Source: Candidatus Velthaea sp. (GTDB lineage: Bacteria > Vulcanimicrobiota > Vulcanimicrobiia > Vulcanimicrobiales > Vulcanimicrobiaceae). Taken from it: a stretch of 64,000 bases of DNA. The position numbers and the translations under genes were made by a program. This document shows, piece by piece, positions 59,835 to 64,000 of the stretch (position 1 is the stretch's first letter; each line of letters starts with the position of its first letter). The stretch is taken from contig CBDCCS010000022.1 of assembly GCA_965214935.1 (NCBI GenBank), forward strand, positions 32,001 to 96,000, written 5' to 3'. Below the pieces are notes generated by a model. It was not told the DNA's origin. It saw nothing but the letters and a program-made list of their open reading frames with translations, and searched no databases.

Positions 59835-60533
59835 TTACCCCGAGTTTGCCGGCGTAATCGCAACGTGCCGTTCAAAAAGCTTTTCAAACGGCTGTTGCTG
59901 CAGAGCCGTGACGAGCGCGAGGGGCGTATCGAACATCGCGTCGGCGGCTTCAAGGTCGGCAGGCGCCGACCCGCCGCAGCGAAGGGCGATACATTTGACG
60001 CCGGCGCGATGCGCAGCTTCAATATCGTATTTTGTATCGCCGATCATAACGGCATCCGCCGAAGACGTGCGGCTCCACGCCAAAGCGGCCGCGACAACGT
60101 CCGGATCCGGCTTCGACGCAGCAACTTCATCCGGCGAGACCGCGTGATCGAATAAGCCTGCGACGCCGGCAATTTCGAGCAGCGGTTCGAGTTCTTGCGG
60201 ACTGGCCGAACTTGCGACCACGCACGTGAGCCCAGCCGATTTTACGAACAAAACGAGTTCACGGGCACCTGGAAACGCGACGAGTTGCGGCAGATAGCGG
60301 GAAAGGAAAATTGCTTTCCGGCGATTTTTCGCCGACGCGGCTTGCTCGCTATCGGCCGCAAAGCCGAGAGCGAGCGAATCCATCAGCTTATCGGCGCCCA
60401 TGCCGATGAGCGGCCGGATGCGGTCGAACGGAACGCTTAGACCGCCCTCCGCGAAGGCATCGACCCAAGATTGCGCGTGAGCGTCATTACTGTCATCGAG
60501 CGTTCCGTCGATGTCGAAGAAGACGCTCTTCAT
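59835..60533 (-). CDS. HAD-family hydrolase
   Basis: FDIDGTL, ASS, SKPDPD, MIGDTKYD. Confidence 0.93.
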   Translation of the reverse strand: MKSVFFDIDGTLDDSNDAHAQSWVDAFAEGGLSVPFDRIRPLIGMGADKLMDSLALGFAADSEQAASAKNRRKAIFLSRYLPQLVAFPGARELVLFVKSAGLTCVVASSASPQELEPLLEIAGVAGLFDHAVSPDEVAASKPDPDVVAAALAWSRTSSADAVMIGDTKYDIEAAHRAGVKCIALRCGGSAPADLEAADAMFDTPLALVTALQQQPFEKLFERHVAITPANSG

Positions 60534-60540
60534 GCCGCGC

Positions 60541-61080
60541 CTACTTCATCGCCGGCATTTGCATGCCGACCATTCCGACCTTTGCAATGTCGCGACGATC
60601 CATCGAGATGTGAGCCGCGATAACCGGTATGGTCTGCTTGGCGAACGCGACAAGCGAGGTATCCGACCCGTTGGCGGCCTCCATCTTGAACAATGAAAGC
60701 ACTTTGCGATGTGCCGGCAATTGCGATTTGAGGTACATCGCATCGAACGCCGGACCGTTGAGCGCCTGCAATTTGCCCATCAACGCTTCATTCTTCGGAC
60801 CGACGCTACTGGGGGCCATGAGGCCGTCACCCTTCATGATCGTGGCCAATTGTGCGTTGGCTTTCGAGTGATCGGCGTTCATCGCGCGAGCGAAAGACAG
60901 CACTTGCGGGTTGCTCGATTTCTGCATTGCAAGTGCCGCCAATTTGACTTCCGTCATACCGGCTTGGGCGGCTTTAATTGCAAACATCGTGTCTTGCGAA
61001 CTGGGCATCGCGCTAGCGGCTAACGGCAACGCTGCCAATACGGCGGCTAGCGCGGCGATCCGACGGGTGAATTCGTTCAT
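60541..61080 (-). CDS. DUF4142 exported ferritin-like protein
   Basis: Signal peptide; AAQAGMTEV, V.SFA..M..DH, FD..Y...Q...H, FAKQTIPVI..H. Confidence 0.88.
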   Translation of the reverse strand: MNEFTRRIAALAAVLAALPLAASAMPSSQDTMFAIKAAQAGMTEVKLAALAMQKSSNPQVLSFARAMNADHSKANAQLATIMKGDGLMAPSSVGPKNEALMGKLQALNGPAFDAMYLKSQLPAHRKVLSLFKMEAANGSDTSLVAFAKQTIPVIAAHISMDRRDIAKVGMVGMQMPAMK

Positions 61081-61213
61081 GCGGAGCGATCCTTTCAAGC
61101 GATAATAAGAGCGAAGATGATGAATTGTGCAGCGATTAACGCGAACTCAAACGGCTTCCCTAGAAGCCGAGTTATCGAGCGCCGCTCTACTGCGAAGCGC
61201 GCAATTTGGATAC

Positions 61214-62029
61214 ATGGAACGAATGAACAGCACCGCAACATCCGCCCGACGTCCGATTGCCGTCGTAACCGGCGCCTCGAGCGGCATCGGCTTTGAACTT
61301 GCCAAGCAATTCGCGCAAAACGGTTATGACTTGATCGTTGCAGCTGAAGATAACGGTATCTCTGCTGCAGCAAGCGCGCTTGAAGGCTTGGGCGGTACCG
61401 TCAACGCCGTTCGGGTGGATCTCGCTGCACCAGGCGGCGTCGACGAACTCATCGCCGTCATCCGGTCGGGCGCCATCCCCGACGCAGTTGCTATTAACGC
61501 GGGTATCGGCGTCGGCGGTGCTTTTCAGACGACCGATCTTGCAACAGAGGAGCGGCTCATCGATCTTAATTGCAAATCGAGCGTATCGCTCGCAAAACAC
61601 GTCGTACCGATGATGACGCAACGGGGCAGTGGCCGCATCCTCTTTACGGCGTCGATAGCGGCATTGATGCCGAGTCCGTTCGAGGCTGTTTACGGCGCCT
61701 CAAAGGCCTTCGTTCATTCGTTTGCCTTAGCGCTTCGGAACGAACTTAAAGACACCGGCGTCAGCGTAACGGCGCTCATGCCCGGCCCAACCGAGACAAA
61801 CTTCTTTCATCGCGCGGATATGGACGATACGCCGGTCGGTGGTGATCAGAAAGACGAAGCGGCGCTCGTTGCAAAACAGGGCTTTGACGCGCTCATGGCC
61901 GGACATGACGAAGTCATAGCAGGTTCGCTAAAAACAAAGGTCCAGGCGGCCGTCATTCGCCCGTTACCAAACATGGTTAAAGCCGAAGTCCATCGCGGAA
62001 TGTTCGAACCGGATCCGGCAAAGCACTGA
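61214..62029 (+). CDS. Short-chain dehydrogenase/reductase
   Basis: VTGASSGIG, NAG, YGASK, PGPT; start 61214 or 61223. Confidence 0.93.
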   Translation: MERMNSTATSARRPIAVVTGASSGIGFELAKQFAQNGYDLIVAAEDNGISAAASALEGLGGTVNAVRVDLAAPGGVDELIAVIRSGAIPDAVAINAGIGVGGAFQTTDLATEERLIDLNCKSSVSLAKHVVPMMTQRGSGRILFTASIAALMPSPFEAVYGASKAFVHSFALALRNELKDTGVSVTALMPGPTETNFFHRADMDDTPVGGDQKDEAALVAKQGFDALMAGHDEVIAGSLKTKVQAAVIRPLPNMVKAEVHRGMFEPDPAKH

Positions 62030-62030
62030 T

Positions 62031-63200
62031 CTACGGAACGAAAACCGCGCGAATGCAGCCTTCTTCTTTCGACTTAAAGAGTTCGTAACCGCGCGGCGAA
62101 TCTTCGAGTGAGAAGCGATGCGTTGCCAGCGGCGACGCGTCGAACTCGCCGCGAGCAGCATGGCCAAGCAGTCGCGGCACATATTTTTGGCCGTGCTGCT
62201 GGGCGGTACGTACGGTGACTCCCTTATTCATGAGAACGCCTAAGGGAAACTTGTCGAGCACCCCGTAGACACCTAAGATAACGAGCGTTCCGCCTTTGCG
62301 GCAGGCCACGATCGCTTGACGTAAAGCCGACCCGCGGTCGGTTTCTGAGCGCAGGGCTTGTTTAACGCGATCGTAGGCATAACCGATGCCGGTGCCGTGC
62401 GCCTCCATGCCGACGGCTTCGATGCAAGCGTCGGGACCGCGTCCGCCGGTCATTGCCTTGAGCGTTTCAACGACACTCTCAACCGCCGTGTAATCGATCG
62501 TCTCGGCTCCGGCAAAGTCGCGCGCGAGTTGCAAGCGCTCGGGAAACCGGTCGATTGCAATCACCTTGTGCGCGCCAAGCAGATACGCCGATTTTTGCGC
62601 GACCAGACCGACGCCCCCGCAACCCCAGACGGCGACGGTGTCGCCGCGCTTGATCGAACAGAGGTCGGCCCCCATGTAGCCGGTCGGGCCGGCATCGGAA
62701 AGAAAGACGGCCTGCTCGTCACGCAGTTGTTCGGGTACCGGAAAACAGTTGACATCGGCAAACGGCACGCGCACGAACGTTGCGTGCGCTCCGGCATAAC
62801 CGCCGAAGGCGTGCGTGTAGCCGTAAATACCAGCCGTCGCATCACCGAAGAGCGGGTCTTGCATGTATGCATGCGGATTGGTGTTGTCGCACAACGACCA
62901 GAGGTCGTTACGACAGTACCAACATTCGCCGCAACAGATGAACGACGGCACGACGACGCGCTGACCGCGGACGAGCTTCGCCACATCGGCACCGATCTCA
63001 ACGACCTCGCCCATGAATTCGTGACCGATGATATCGCCGGCAAGCATCGTCGGTAAGAAGCCGTCGATGAAATGCAGATCCGAACCGCACGTCGTCGACA
63101 TTGTGACTCGCAAAACGGCATCGCGCGGACTTACGATGGTCGGATCGGGAACGGTTTGTACGCGAAGATCGTTGACCCCGTTCCAACACAAGGCACGCAT
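62031..63200 (-). CDS. Zinc-dependent alcohol/formaldehyde dehydrogenase-like protein
   Basis: CGSDLH, GHEFMGEV, CGECWYC...C, GCGGVG. Confidence 0.93.
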   Translation of the reverse strand: MRALCWNGVNDLRVQTVPDPTIVSPRDAVLRVTMSTTCGSDLHFIDGFLPTMLAGDIIGHEFMGEVVEIGADVAKLVRGQRVVVPSFICCGECWYCRNDLWSLCDNTNPHAYMQDPLFGDATAGIYGYTHAFGGYAGAHATFVRVPFADVNCFPVPEQLRDEQAVFLSDAGPTGYMGADLCSIKRGDTVAVWGCGGVGLVAQKSAYLLGAHKVIAIDRFPERLQLARDFAGAETIDYTAVESVVETLKAMTGGRGPDACIEAVGMEAHGTGIGYAYDRVKQALRSETDRGSALRQAIVACRKGGTLVILGVYGVLDKFPLGVLMNKGVTVRTAQQHGQKYVPRLLGHAARGEFDASPLATHRFSLEDSPRGYELFKSKEEGCIRAVFVP

Positions 63201-63239
63201 TGCTAGTCTCCTTCTGCCGAGCGACGTGCTAGCCGTTCG

Positions 63240-63770
63240 CTAGCGGCGACCCGACGAGTTGCATTCGAGCGACGGAAGTTCACCGGTTTCACATAGGCTT
63301 TTAAACCGGCGTAACGCCGCGAGCAGCGCCGGGCCGACAATTGCGGCGGGCAGGCGAGTCTGCAGCCGCAAAGCGACTTCCGTACCGCGATCGTCCGGTG
63401 CGGCCCGAAAACGCGCGCTGCCTGCAAACGTGCCGGTGTCGGTCGCCCAGCGCAACGTATCGCCCGGAATATCGGAAAACACCGCTGTTTCAAACGTCGT
63501 TTTGCCCAGGCCATGCACGTCCCAGCGCAGACGTCCCCCGCCGGCCGGCGTAACGTCGGCGAACGGCTCCATGACGGTCGGAAGCATGTCGAACCAGCGA
63601 GCTTGCAACTCGCCGGTCTCACGTCCGATGCTGATGCTGCGCTCGACGCCGTCTCGTTTGCGGGCTGCCGATCGGGCCGCTCGTAGCGCCAGACCAATAC
63701 CAGCGATCGTCGCGGTGCCGACGAGGCCGGCGACAAGGCGCCGAATCCGCCGTTTGGCCGTTTCATCCAT
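63240..63770 (-). CDS. SRPBCC (START-like) cyclase/dehydrase family protein
   Basis: VERSISI, GSARFRAAPDDRGTEV, LRRFKSLCETGE. Confidence 0.8.
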   Translation of the reverse strand: MDETAKRRIRRLVAGLVGTATIAGIGLALRAARSAARKRDGVERSISIGRETGELQARWFDMLPTVMEPFADVTPAGGGRLRWDVHGLGKTTFETAVFSDIPGDTLRWATDTGTFAGSARFRAAPDDRGTEVALRLQTRLPAAIVGPALLAALRRFKSLCETGELPSLECNSSGRR

Positions 63771-64000
63771 GTTACGGCGCGACGATCGGCGCGCAGCAAG
63801 CAATCATGCAGTCCATCCTCCGGTCGAACACTGATGTAAGCCAATCACCTTCGAGCGCGCATGACAATGCGTGCTTCGGGCAGTCACCGGCGTTTCGCGC
63901 GTCGCAAGTGGGCAGAGTCGCTTGCATTCTCGGAGACACACCGACCCCTTGCGTGTGTCTGATTGAAAACCGGGTACCTCGCTCTATCATGATTGATCGT

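Overview
GC-rich bacterial chromosomal window with no rRNA, tRNA, CRISPR array or mobile element recognisable. A TolC indicates a diderm cell, while ClpC, OpcA and SigB/SigF-like stress genes resemble Actinobacteria/Firmicutes; a Ca. Eremiobacterota-like organism is a guess only. In order, the window holds: zwf-opcA-pgl; a TetR-controlled STAS/LolA-like-fusion + EmrA-like + TolC operon with no inner-membrane pump; a WYL regulator divergent from cydAB; an aldo/keto reductase; an accessory module (13.4-16.6 kb); SWIM-SNF2 helicase, clpC and sufT-like genes; an acyl-CoA carboxylase/fabI operon interrupted by a rearranged PQQ cluster (pqqA-C-D-E-B, with pqqA missing from the ORF track); a PAS-GGDEF-EAL protein; methylmalonyl-CoA mutase and epimerase; a peptidoglycan-recycling operon; desaturase, tpx and secreted beta-propeller enzymes; and a general-stress cluster (55-64 kb). 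The best candidate for an undescribed system is the accessory module: a 75-aa secreted-type precursor carrying four SGGGPVG[K/R] cassettes, directly upstream of a TPR-repeat/C-terminal LuxR-HTH regulator, which looks like a peptide-signalling pair. All protein calls come from motif recognition by eye; no database search was run.
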